Positions 8,880-17,899 of a stretch of 42,569 nt of DNA are shown in pieces. The stretch comes from Thermoanaerobaculia bacterium (GTDB lineage: Bacteria; Acidobacteriota; Thermoanaerobaculia; Multivoradales; JAHEKO01): contig JBFGLX010000001.1 in NCBI GenBank assembly GCA_041575955.1, forward strand, positions 1 through 42,569, in the 5' to 3' direction. The translations under genes were made by a program, and so were the position numbers. Numbering within the stretch: the stretch's first letter is position 1; each line of letters starts with the position of its first letter. Below the pieces are notes generated by a model that saw nothing but the letters and a program-made list of their open reading frames with translations, made no database searches and was not told the DNA's origin.

Positions 8880-9566
8880 ATGAAGATCAGACGAGTGCCC
8901 TCAATCCTCGTAGTCGCGCTCATCGCGCTGCCGGCGCTCCTGGCGACGAGGTCGGCGACGACCGCGAATCAGGACGGCGACGCCGAGCCGCGGCCCGAGT
9001 ACGTGATCCAGGACGGCGACGCGCTGGGCATCAAGTTCTTCCTCAATCCGGAGCTCAACGAAGAGGTCGTGGTGCGTCCGGACGGTCGCATCTCGCTGCA
9101 GCTGATCTCGGAGGTCGTCGCCGCCGGCCGCACGCCGAGAGAGCTCGGCCGACAGCTCGAGCAGCTCTACTCGAGCGAGCTCGACCGGCCGAGCGTCAGC
9201 GTGATCGTGCGCTCGTTCAGCTCGCAGAGGGTCTACGTGGACGGCGAGGTCAACCAGCCCGGCGAGCTGGAGGTCGTGGGCAGCCTGACCCTGCTGCAGG
9301 CGATCGCGCGCGCGGAGGGGTTCACCGAGCTCGCCAAGGTCCGTCAGCTGATCGTCATCCGGCGCGAGGCCGACGGCCAGCCGCGCACCATCCCGATCGA
9401 CGTTCGTGAGCTGCGCCGGGGCCGGGACCGCGACTTGGCGCTGAAGCCGTTCGACGTCGTCTACGTGCCGCGGACCCGGATCGCCAACGTCAACCAGTGG
9501 ATCGATCAGTACATTCGCAAGAGCATCCCGGTGTCGTTCGGGTTTCGCATCGACGTCGTCAACTGA
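8880..9566 (+). CDS. Polysaccharide export protein (Wza/EpsE-like; Poly_export + SLBB)
   Basis: 228 aa with a signal peptide. Carries YVIQDGDALGIKFF..PELNEEVVVRPDGRISLQLISEVVAAGRTPRELGRQLE and VYVDGEVNQPGELEVVGSLTLLQAIARAEGFTE. Confidence 0.85.
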   Translation: MKIRRVPSILVVALIALPALLATRSATTANQDGDAEPRPEYVIQDGDALGIKFFLNPELNEEVVVRPDGRISLQLISEVVAAGRTPRELGRQLEQLYSSELDRPSVSVIVRSFSSQRVYVDGEVNQPGELEVVGSLTLLQAIARAEGFTELAKVRQLIVIRREADGQPRTIPIDVRELRRGRDRDLALKPFDVVYVPRTRIANVNQWIDQYIRKSIPVSFGFRIDVVN

Positions 9567-9567
9567 T

Positions 9568-10722
9568 TTGACCTCGCTCCAACGCCCGCCGCGAGTGGTC
9601 GGCGTCCTCGCCGGCGACGTCGAGCGCGATGCGGCCGCCCGCATCAAGTACGGCCTGCTGTTCGCGGAGCTCGGCAAGCGCTTTCCCGGGCTCGGCGTCT
9701 TCGACGCCGACCTCAAGGGCGCGTCCCGCCTGCTGGTGGCCCTGCTCTCCTTCCGGCCCGATCGCCGCCGCTGGCGCGAGCTCTTCCACAAGAACCCCGT
9801 CGCCTTTCGCGGCCGGTCGCGGCGCGCCGCGGCCCACCTCGCGGCGCTCGACGGCGATCGGAACGTCGTCCTGCAGGTCGGCGCCCTGCTCGATGCGCGC
9901 CGGCGGGCGCCGTCGCCGCCGAGCGTGATCTACACCGACTACACCGCCCGCCTCTCCGCCCGCCATCCGGAGGCCGGCCGCTCGCCACTGGGGCCGCGCC
10001 GGCGCGAGCGTTGGTTCCGGCTCGAGGAGACGGCCTACCGCCGGGCGACCCACGTCTGCACGCGCAGCGACTTCGTGCGCGCCAACCTGATCGACGAGTA
10101 CGGCCTGGCGCCGGAGCGGATCTCGGTGGTCGGCGGCGGCGTCAATTTCGATCCGCTGCCGGCGACCGGCCGCCGGGCGGGCGGCAACGGCGCCGGCCCG
10201 ACGGCCCTGTTTATCGGCAAGGAGCTGCATCGCAAGGGCGGCGACCTGCTGCTGCAGGCGTTCGCCGAGACCCGGGGCAGCGTCCCCGACGCCCGCTTGC
10301 TGATCGTGACCGGCGATCCGATTCCGTCCGACCTGCCGCTCGCAGGCGTGACCGTCATGCCGCCGGTGTGGGAGCGCGACCGCCTGTCGGCGCTCTACCG
10401 CCAGGCCGACCTGTTCGTGCTGCCGTCGCGCCTGGAGACCTGGGGCGACGTGCTGCTCGAAGCGATGGCGCACGGCCTGCCGTGTCTCGGCGTCGCCGGC
10501 GAGGCGATGGACGAGATCATCGTCCGGGAGCGCACCGGACGGCTGGTGCCGCCCGCCGATCCGGCCGCGCTCGCCGCCGCGCTGATCGAGCTGCTGCCGG
10601 CCGCGGAGCGCCTGCGCAGCTGGGGCAGCGCGGGCCGCGAGCGGGTCGAGGCCGAGTTCACCTGGGCGAAGGTCGCCGACCGCCTGGCGCCGATTCTGGA
10701 GTCGGCGGTGGATTCGAGATGA
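9568..10722 (+). CDS. Glycosyltransferase family 4 (GT-B)
   Basis: 384 aa. Has the GT4 C-terminal signature (LFIGKELHRKGGDLLL..., LFVLPSRLETWGDVLLEAMAHGLPCLG...IVRERTGRLV). The TTG start directly follows the exporter stop. The stop overlaps the next start (ATGA). Confidence 0.85.
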   Translation: MTSLQRPPRVVGVLAGDVERDAAARIKYGLLFAELGKRFPGLGVFDADLKGASRLLVALLSFRPDRRRWRELFHKNPVAFRGRSRRAAAHLAALDGDRNVVLQVGALLDARRRAPSPPSVIYTDYTARLSARHPEAGRSPLGPRRRERWFRLEETAYRRATHVCTRSDFVRANLIDEYGLAPERISVVGGGVNFDPLPATGRRAGGNGAGPTALFIGKELHRKGGDLLLQAFAETRGSVPDARLLIVTGDPIPSDLPLAGVTVMPPVWERDRLSALYRQADLFVLPSRLETWGDVLLEAMAHGLPCLGVAGEAMDEIIVRERTGRLVPPADPAALAAALIELLPAAERLRSWGSAGRERVEAEFTWAKVADRLAPILESAVDSR

Positions 10723-12890
10723 CCAGGGAGCTCTGGTGCACCGTCGGCCCGGCCTCGCGGCTCCCCGGCGTGGTCGAACGTCTGGAGGACCTCGGCGTCT
10801 CGCTGTTCCGCATCAACCTCTCGCACACCGGCGTCGACGAGCTGCCCGGGCTGCTGCGATCGCTGGCCGCCCGAACCAAGGTGCCGCTCTGCCTCGACAC
10901 CGAGGGCGCGCAGGTGCGTACCGGCGACCTGATCGAGCCGACCGTCGAGCTCGAGGAGAACGCCAGCTGCGTGATCCGGTCGGGCGACGGCCCGGGGGAC
11001 GCGGCGAGCTTCTGCCTCAATCCGCACGACGTGGTCGAGCGCCTGGAGGTGGGCGATCTGCTGAGCATCGACTTCAACGCGGCGCTGGTCCAGGTGGTCG
11101 AGCGCGGCCCGGGGACGGCGACGCTGCGGGTGGTCAACGGCGGCCTCATGGGTCGCAACAAGGCGGTGACGCTCATGCGCGAGCTCGCCCTCCCCGCCCT
11201 GACCGTGAAGGACCGCGCCGCCCTGAAGATCGGCGCCGAGCTCGGCCTGCGCCACATCGCGCTGTCGTTCGCCAATCGGCCCGAGGACGTCGACGAGATT
11301 CGCGCGGTCTTCGGCCGGCCGGCGTTCGTGATCTCGAAGATCGAGTGCGTGCGGGCGTTGCGCAACCTGGACGCCATCATCAAGCGCTCCGACGCGATCG
11401 TCATCGACCGCGGCGACCTGTCGCGCGAGGTGCCGATCGAGCGCATCCCGAGGCTCCAGAAGCGCATCACGGCACGCGCCCGGGAGCTCGGCAGCAAGGT
11501 CTACGTCGCCACCAATCTGCTCGAGACGATGGTCACCTCGCCGCAGCCGACCCGCGCCGAGGTGAACGACGTGTTCAACACCCTGGCCGACGGCGCCGAC
11601 GGCCTGGTCCTGGCGGCGGAGACCGCCGTCGGCGAGTTTCCGATCCAGTGCGCCAGCATGATCCGGGCGCTCATGTACGAGTTCGAGTCGGAGAATGGAG
11701 CGAGCGGCTCGCCGGGCGTTTCGGACGATCCGTTCTCGCTCCTGGTGGAGCCGCACGGCGGGCGCCTGGTGCAGCGGCAGCTCGCGCCCGAAGCGCTCGA
11801 CGACCTCGACCGGCTCCCCCGGCTGGCGGTCGGGCTGCTCGACCTGCTCGAGGTCGAGCAGATCGCGACCGGCACCTACTCGCCGATCGCCGGATTCATG
11901 ACCCGAGCGACCCTGGAAAGCGTTCTGGCCGGCAACCGGCTGCCGGACGGAACCCTCTGGACCATGCCGATCGTCCTTCAGGTCGGGGCCCGCGAGGCCG
12001 GCCGCCTCGCCGCCGGCGACCGGGTCGGCCTGACCGGCGAGGACGGCACGCTGCACGCGCTGCTCGACGTCGCCGAGGTCTACCGGGTCGACCTGGAGCA
12101 GGCGGCGAGACAGTGGTTCGGCACCACCAGCCGCGCCCATCCCGGAGTCGCGCGCCTGATCGATCGCGGCGACACCTTCGTCGGCGGTGGGGTCACGCTC
12201 GTTCAGCGCCTACCGTCGCCCTATCGCCTGTTCACGCTCACGCCGGCCCAGACGCGCCTGGTCTTCGCCCACAAGGGGTGGAGCCGCGTGCTCGGCTTCC
12301 ACACCCGCAACGTCTGCCACCGGGTGCACGAGTTCATCCAGCTCCGGGCGCTCGCCGAGACGCACTCCGACGGCCTGTTCATCAGCCCGGTGATCGGGCC
12401 CAAGAAGGAGGGCGACTTCCTGCCCGGGCCGATCATGCGCAGCTACGAGGTGCTGCTGGGCGGCGGCGACGTCTACCCGCCGGGCAAGGTGGTGCTCGGC
12501 AGCTTCGCCACGTTCTCCCGCTACGCCGGTCCGCGCGAGGCGGTGTTCACCGCCCTCTGCCGCAAGAACATGGGCTGCAGCCACTTCATCCTCGGCCGCG
12601 ATCACACCGGCGTCGGCGACTTCTACCCCGCCGACGCGAACCGCCGGCTGTTCGAGCAGCTTGGCGATCTCGGGATCACGCCCGTCTTCAGCGAAGCGGT
12701 CGGCTACCACCCGCCGAGCCGCAGCTACCGGACGCTCGGCAGCGCCGGCACGCTCGAGCCGATCAGCGGCACCCGGATGCGCCAGGCGCTGCGCAACGGC
12801 GACGAGCTGCCCGACTGGTTCATCCGCACCTCCATCCAGGAGATGCTGCGCGCCGAGATCGCGGCCGGCCGGCCGGTCTTCGTCTCCTGA
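10719..12890 (+). CDS. Fusion protein: pyruvate-kinase-like A/B barrel (N-terminal) + ATP sulfurylase / sulfate adenylyltransferase (C-terminal)
   Basis: 723 aa from the ATG at 10719 (ATGA overlap with the upstream gene). PK motifs: RINLSHTG, LDTEGAQVRTG, ISKIE, DRGDLSREV, ATNLLETMV..PTRAEVNDV..GADGLVLAAETAVG. ATP sulfurylase motifs: EPHGGRL, YSPIAGFM, FHTRNVCHRVHE, GRDHTGVG. The 708-nt 5' extension in the track (10011..) is Arg-rich shadow sequence. Confidence 0.85.
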   Translation: MTRELWCTVGPASRLPGVVERLEDLGVSLFRINLSHTGVDELPGLLRSLAARTKVPLCLDTEGAQVRTGDLIEPTVELEENASCVIRSGDGPGDAASFCLNPHDVVERLEVGDLLSIDFNAALVQVVERGPGTATLRVVNGGLMGRNKAVTLMRELALPALTVKDRAALKIGAELGLRHIALSFANRPEDVDEIRAVFGRPAFVISKIECVRALRNLDAIIKRSDAIVIDRGDLSREVPIERIPRLQKRITARARELGSKVYVATNLLETMVTSPQPTRAEVNDVFNTLADGADGLVLAAETAVGEFPIQCASMIRALMYEFESENGASGSPGVSDDPFSLLVEPHGGRLVQRQLAPEALDDLDRLPRLAVGLLDLLEVEQIATGTYSPIAGFMTRATLESVLAGNRLPDGTLWTMPIVLQVGAREAGRLAAGDRVGLTGEDGTLHALLDVAEVYRVDLEQAARQWFGTTSRAHPGVARLIDRGDTFVGGGVTLVQRLPSPYRLFTLTPAQTRLVFAHKGWSRVLGFHTRNVCHRVHEFIQLRALAETHSDGLFISPVIGPKKEGDFLPGPIMRSYEVLLGGGDVYPPGKVVLGSFATFSRYAGPREAVFTALCRKNMGCSHFILGRDHTGVGDFYPADANRRLFEQLGDLGITPVFSEAVGYHPPSRSYRTLGSAGTLEPISGTRMRQALRNGDELPDWFIRTSIQEMLRAEIAAGRPVFVS

Positions 12891-12906
12891 CGGGCGCCGC
12901 TCGACC

Positions 12907-14412
12907 ATGCCCGCCAGCAAGCAGGAGATCGCGCACGCGACGGTCAGCGGGGTGGCCTGGATCTACCTCGCCTTCGCCCTGGGCAAGGGCCTGGTGTTCG
13001 TCAGCACGATCATCCTGGCCCGGCTGCTGGTGCCGGCCGATTTCGGGCTGCTGGCGCTCGGGCTCCTGGCGGTGGGAATTCTGGACGGCCTGCGGGGACT
13101 GGGCGTCGGCGCGGCGCTGATCTACCGCAAGGAGGATCCCGAGCGCGCCGCCTCGGTCGCCTTCTTCATCAGCCTCGCCGTGGGAGGGGCGCTGACCCTC
13201 GCCGTCCTGCTCGGGGCGCCCCTGGCCGGCTCCTTCTTCCAGGAGCCGCGGGTCGTGCCGGTGCTGCGCGCGCTGTCGGTGAGCTTCCTGTTGTCGGCCC
13301 TGACCAGCGTGCCCGCCGCCCTGATCAGGAAGCAGCTCGCCTTCCGGCGCCGCATCGTCCCGGAGCTCGGCAAGACCGCCGCCAAGGGCCTGGTCTCGGT
13401 GCTGCTGGCGCTCGCCGGCTTCGGGGTGTGGAGCCTGGTCGGCGGTCAGCTCGCCGGCGCCGCCGCCTCGACGCTCCTCTACTGGCGGGTCTGCCGTTGG
13501 CGGCCGCGGCTCGGGTTCGATCGCGGCATCGCGCGCGAGCTGCTCGGCTACGGCGGCCAGATCGTGCTGATCGCCGTCCTCGGCCTGGTGCTCAAGAACG
13601 TCGACTACCTGATGATCGGACGCCGCCTGGAAGCGAGCCAGCTCGGCTACTACACGATCGCCTTCCGGATACCCGACCTGTTCATCGTCAGCCTCTGCGC
13701 GATCGTCAGCCAGGCCCTCTTCCCGGCCTTCGCCAAGCTGCGCGACGACGTCGCGGCCCTGCGCCGGGGCTTCCTCGCGGCCGAGCGCTACACCGCGCTG
13801 ATCACGCTCCCGGTGGGCCTCGGCACGGCGATCGTCGCGCCCTACTTCGTCGAGGTCTTCTACACCATCCGCTGGGCGCCGGCCATCCCGGTCATGCAAT
13901 CGCTCGCCATCTACTCGCTCCTCCAATCGCTGAGCTACAACGCCGGCGACGTCTACAAGGCGATCGGCCGGCCGGGGTTCCTCAACTACTTTGGCAGCAT
14001 CAGGCTCGCGGTCACCCTGCCGGTGCTGTGGATCGCCGCCGGCGAGGGCATCCACTGGGTCGCGCTGGGGCAGGTCGCGATCGCGCTCGCGTTCAGCGCC
14101 GCTCAGCTGGTCATGGTCTGCCGGCTGCTGGGCGTCCGCGCGGCGGCGCTCCTGAACAGCCTGCGCCCGGCCGCGGTCGCGGCGGCGGTCATGGCCGCGG
14201 CCACGCTCGGGCTCGACCGGGTCCTGACCCTCGGACCCGCCCCGAGGCTGGCGGCGATCTCGCTTGCCGGCGCCCTGGTCTACGTCCTCACGCTGCAGCT
14301 CACGCATCCCGAGGCGATCGCGGATGCGGTCGCCCTGCTTCGCCGCCGGAAGGAGCGGCGCGAAGACGATCTCGAGAAAGACCTGGCGCCGGACGAGGAC
14401 TCCTACCACTAG
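12907..14412 (+). CDS. Polysaccharide flippase (Wzx / MOP superfamily)
   Basis: 501 aa from the ATG at 12907. It begins MPASKQEIAHATVSGVAWIYLAFALGKGLVFVSTIILARLLVPADFG, the typical Wzx N-terminus. About 12 TM segments. High GC3. Confidence 0.8.
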   Translation: MPASKQEIAHATVSGVAWIYLAFALGKGLVFVSTIILARLLVPADFGLLALGLLAVGILDGLRGLGVGAALIYRKEDPERAASVAFFISLAVGGALTLAVLLGAPLAGSFFQEPRVVPVLRALSVSFLLSALTSVPAALIRKQLAFRRRIVPELGKTAAKGLVSVLLALAGFGVWSLVGGQLAGAAASTLLYWRVCRWRPRLGFDRGIARELLGYGGQIVLIAVLGLVLKNVDYLMIGRRLEASQLGYYTIAFRIPDLFIVSLCAIVSQALFPAFAKLRDDVAALRRGFLAAERYTALITLPVGLGTAIVAPYFVEVFYTIRWAPAIPVMQSLAIYSLLQSLSYNAGDVYKAIGRPGFLNYFGSIRLAVTLPVLWIAAGEGIHWVALGQVAIALAFSAAQLVMVCRLLGVRAAALLNSLRPAAVAAAVMAAATLGLDRVLTLGPAPRLAAISLAGALVYVLTLQLTHPEAIADAVALLRRRKERREDDLEKDLAPDEDSYH

Positions 14413-15388
14413 CCTGACCGCTGGTGCCGCCGGTGGCGACGTAGCGCTCGTCGAGCCGCGCCTGGAGGGCGCCGCACAGCTCGGCGATCCTCGGGTCGGC
14501 CCCCGGCCACGGGTGGCGGCCGACCGAGGTGGCGAAGATCTGCCCGATCACCTCGGGATGGTAGGGGAAGCCGAGGAAATCGAGCACCCGGCGAAACGCC
14601 GCCTCGGAGTTGAGGACCGCGTCCTCGTACTGCAGCAACAGCACGCGCGGATCGCGGTCGAGGCCGAGCTCGAAGTAGATCGAGTTGCGCAGGTACCAAT
14701 AGAGGCAGCCGCCGTCCTCGTTCGTGAGATCCTCTCGGAAGAGCTCGCCGAAGAGACGGCGGCTGTCGGCGCTGACGCCCTCGGCGCGCGGGCCGAGGGG
14801 GGCCAGATCGCCGCTGGCCACGGCGCGCGCCAGGTCCTTCTGATGCGCGCCCCAGCGGCGGACCGAGGAGCTCGCGGCGTCCTCGCAACGCCGGTACACC
14901 CAGATCGCCCTGGCGCCGTCGAAGCGCGCCAGCAGTCGATCGCAGCGCTGCGAATCGAGAATGCAGCCGAAGCTCACGATCGGCGCCGGGGCGAGGCGGA
15001 TCAGCCGCTCGATGAAGCGGTCGGGCCGCAGGTAGAAGCCGTCGAACGCGACGCTGCTCCCCTCCCAGTAGTCCCAACCGTGCGGGGAGTCCCCCAGGGC
15101 CCGGCACACCATCTGCGACCCGGAGCGGTTGGAGCCATGGATGAAGACCGGAAACCTCGTGGTGCTCGGGTGCACGGCCAGCCGGCGGGCGAGCCCCTTG
15201 CGGCGCCGCGCCAGGAAGCGGCGGCCGTGGCGCAGCAGGCGCCGGAAACTGAACCGCTCGAGACGCCGCAGCCAGATGCCCGCGATCGAAGCGATCTCCC
15301 CAGCCGTCGCGCGCACCGGGCGCCTGACCTGGCGGCTCAGGACCCTGCCGCCGCGGCCGCCGAGACGCCGTCGGACGGGCCCGGGCAC
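14300..15388 (-). CDS. Sulfotransferase family protein
   Basis: Has a PAPS 5'-phosphosulfate-binding-loop-like motif (FIHGSNRSGSQMV) and a C-terminal RVLLLQYEDAVLNSEAAFRRVLDFLGFPYHPEV. The start is uncertain: ATG 15388 overlaps the upstream gene, and GTG 15316 is an alternative. The last about 35 codons overlap the 3' end of the flippase gene. Confidence 0.7.
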   Translation of the reverse strand: MPGPVRRRLGGRGGRVLSRQVRRPVRATAGEIASIAGIWLRRLERFSFRRLLRHGRRFLARRRKGLARRLAVHPSTTRFPVFIHGSNRSGSQMVCRALGDSPHGWDYWEGSSVAFDGFYLRPDRFIERLIRLAPAPIVSFGCILDSQRCDRLLARFDGARAIWVYRRCEDAASSSVRRWGAHQKDLARAVASGDLAPLGPRAEGVSADSRRLFGELFREDLTNEDGGCLYWYLRNSIYFELGLDRDPRVLLLQYEDAVLNSEAAFRRVLDFLGFPYHPEVIGQIFATSVGRHPWPGADPRIAELCGALQARLDERYVATGGTSGQASGRSPRPAPGLSRDRLRAAPSGGEAGRPHPRSPRDA

Positions 15389-16740
15389 GGCCCGCTGGCG
15401 CGCCGGCGCTCGACCTTGGCGGCCATGCAGTGGAGGAGCTCCTCCAGGTTGGTGTAGCCGTCGCCGTCGTCGTCGTCCGCCGGCCTCGCGGGCAGCTGCA
15501 GCGGCCGCCGGGTCGGCCGGACCTCACCGAGTCCGCCGACCTCCGCCGGAGAATCGATCATCCCGCCCTGGCCCCGGCGGACGTTTGCGACGATGCGCCG
15601 GTCGACGCGGTCGCGGTCCGCGGGGCGGGCGCCCGAAGTCCTCAGCACCTGGCGCTTCGCCTTGCGGGCGCTGACGATCGTGAGCGGCCAGAGCTCGACC
15701 GGTGGCGTCTCGCTCCGGATGTTCTTCCCGGGCCGATTGTCGACCACCGACCAGGGGTCGCGGGTCTGGTACGGGCCGGTGTTGTCGGCGACGTAGAGAC
15801 GCGTCGCGGGGTCGGCGTTGGTGACCACCACCGTCTTGATGTCGGATCGCGAGTCGCGGCCCGGCAGGTAGACGTTGCCGATGGCGGTCAGCCAGCTCGG
15901 TCCCTCGTCGCCTCCCATGTCGACGGCGCGGTGCCGAACGTTGTAGATCAGGTTGTTCACCACCAGGCCGCTGGAGTCCGCGGAGAAGCGTGGATTGCGG
16001 GCGCCGTTGTGGGCAAACAGGTTGCGCACCACCGCGATCCGCCGGGAGTGCTTTCCCGCCAGCATGCCCATCGAGTGATCGCCCTGGGGATGCAGCGAAT
16101 CGTCCAGACCTTCGGCGATGATGCCGCGGCTCATGGTGACGTCGTAGACGTTGTCGAACCAGATGCTCACGTTCTCGTCGATCGCCCAGCTCACCGAGCA
16201 GTGATCGAAGAAGACGTTGAACGTGTCGAAGCTCCCGCGCCGGTTCGTCGCCGCCCCGAGACCATCCCGGTACTCGGGCTCGCTGTTGGCGCGGCCGTCG
16301 CCGACCCGCACGCGCACGTGCTGGAGCAGGACGTCGTGCGTCTTGATCCGGAGCGTATCGCCGGCCAGGGTGATCCCGGGAGTCGGGGCGGTCTGACCCG
16401 CCACGGTAAGAAACGGCTCCGCGACCTCGATGTTGTCGCGCAGGCGGATCACGCCGCCGACCTCGAAGATGACCGTGCGCGGCCCGCGCGACCCGAGCGC
16501 CGCCCGCAGCGAGCCCGGTCCCGAGTCGTCGAGATTGGTGACCCGTAGAATCCGGCCGCCGCGACCCGCGGCGGTCAGGCTCCCGAAGCCCTCCGCCCCG
16601 GGAAAGACCGGCAGCCCGCCGCGGTAGTCACGCACGGAGTCTTCGAGCGGCGGACCGGCTGCGGCCGGCGGCGCCCCGACCGCGGCCAGGGCGACGCCGA
16701 GCATCCACACGAGGCGTATCGCTGCACGGAGCTGCCGCAT
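15337..16740 (-). CDS. Secreted pectate-lyase-fold (PL1-like right-handed beta-helix) polysaccharide lyase
   Basis: 467 aa with a signal peptide. Carries GFGSLTAAGRGGRILRVTNLDDSGPGSLRAAL, TVAGQTAPTPGITL, HCSVSWAIDENVS, FAHNGARNPRF, and a C-terminal DDDDGDGYTNLEELL Ca-binding-type motif. Confidence 0.8.
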   Translation of the reverse strand: MRQLRAAIRLVWMLGVALAAVGAPPAAAGPPLEDSVRDYRGGLPVFPGAEGFGSLTAAGRGGRILRVTNLDDSGPGSLRAALGSRGPRTVIFEVGGVIRLRDNIEVAEPFLTVAGQTAPTPGITLAGDTLRIKTHDVLLQHVRVRVGDGRANSEPEYRDGLGAATNRRGSFDTFNVFFDHCSVSWAIDENVSIWFDNVYDVTMSRGIIAEGLDDSLHPQGDHSMGMLAGKHSRRIAVVRNLFAHNGARNPRFSADSSGLVVNNLIYNVRHRAVDMGGDEGPSWLTAIGNVYLPGRDSRSDIKTVVVTNADPATRLYVADNTGPYQTRDPWSVVDNRPGKNIRSETPPVELWPLTIVSARKAKRQVLRTSGARPADRDRVDRRIVANVRRGQGGMIDSPAEVGGLGEVRPTRRPLQLPARPADDDDGDGYTNLEELLHCMAAKVERRRASGPCPGPSDGVSAAAAAGS

Positions 16741-16756
16741 GACGTCGGTTTTCAGT

Positions 16757-17899
16757 CTACGCCAGGTTCGCTCCGGCCGCTTGCCGCAGGAGCAGGCTTT
16801 CCCATTCGTCGATCATCCGCTCGATCGTGAATGCCGCCTCGACGCGCTCCCTGGCGGCGGCCCCGACACGGGCCCGGAGATCTTCGTCGCCGAGCAGGCG
16901 AGCGACCTGCTCGGCCAGCGCCTCGAGGTCGCCGGCTTCGACCAGAAAACCGCTCACGCCGTGCTCGATCGCTTCGCCGACGCCATCCACCGCGGTCGCC
17001 ACCACGGCGCGTCCCGAGGCCATGGCCTCGAGGATTGCCACCGGCAGGCCTTCCCAGTAGGAGGTCGAGACATAGACGTCGAACGCGGCGAGCATCGCCG
17101 GCACGTCGGACTGCCAGGGTGCGGCGATCAAGCTGCCGCCGAGGTCCAGCTTCGCGGCCAGGGCGCGCACCTCGGACTCCAGCGGCCCTTCACCCGCCAT
17201 GAAGACCTGCACCCCGGGGGCGGCCCGCACGACCCGCTCCGCGACGCGCAGGAAGTCGAAGGGCGCCTTCTGTCGATTGAGGCGCCCCGCCCACCCGACC
17301 ACCGGCCGCCCGGGCTCGAGCCCGAGGGCCCGGCACGCCGCGGCCCTGTCCATCGGCCGATCGAAGCCGCTCAGATCGAGGCCGGTGTGAATCATCGATA
17401 TCCTGGATGCGGGCGCGATCCGATTCCTCCGCAGCTCCTCGCGCATCGAGTGGGCGGTCGCGACGATATGGCCCCCGACCCAGGCGCCGATCCGCTCCAG
17501 CTGGCGGTAGAGCGACGCCCGCCGGCCCTGGACGCGCTCCAGGAAGGGCATGGAGTGCAAGGCGTAGACCGTCGGCGTGCCGGTCAGCCGGCCCACCAGC
17601 CGCGTCACCAGGCCGGCCTTCGCCCCGTGAGCGAGGATCAGATCGGGGCGCTCCTTGCGGACGTGGCGCAAGAGCCTGGCGACAAGACCGAGATCGGAGA
17701 GCGGAGCGATCGAATAGCGCTCCATCTCCATGCGCACGGTTTGGATGCCGCTCTCTTCCAGCGCCCGGGCGTAGGCCTCGTTGCCCTGGGACAGGCAGAC
17801 CACGCTCACCGCGTGACCCCGGGCGCTCAACTGCTCGCACAGGCTGCGGTTGATCGCCGCCACCCCGCCGGTGGACTTGGTCACGCTCATCAGACGCAT
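16757..17899 (-). CDS. Glycosyltransferase family 4
   Basis: 380 aa from the ATG at 17899 (MRLMSVTKSTGGVAAINRSL...). Carries the ...STSYWEGLPVAILEAMASGRAVVATAVDGVGEAIEHGVSGFLV signature. Confidence 0.85.
   Translation of the reverse strand: MRLMSVTKSTGGVAAINRSLCEQLSARGHAVSVVCLSQGNEAYARALEESGIQTVRMEMERYSIAPLSDLGLVARLLRHVRKERPDLILAHGAKAGLVTRLVGRLTGTPTVYALHSMPFLERVQGRRASLYRQLERIGAWVGGHIVATAHSMREELRRNRIAPASRISMIHTGLDLSGFDRPMDRAAACRALGLEPGRPVVGWAGRLNRQKAPFDFLRVAERVVRAAPGVQVFMAGEGPLESEVRALAAKLDLGGSLIAAPWQSDVPAMLAAFDVYVSTSYWEGLPVAILEAMASGRAVVATAVDGVGEAIEHGVSGFLVEAGDLEALAEQVARLLGDEDLRARVGAAARERVEAAFTIERMIDEWESLLLRQAAGANLA

Noticed and set aside
10011-10718. A 236-codon N-terminal extension of the PK::ATP-sulfurylase ORF.
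   Set aside because: It is Arg/Pro/Gly-rich and overlaps the well-supported GT4 gene in another frame. The ATG at 10719 gives a canonical PK N-terminus and an ATGA coupling.
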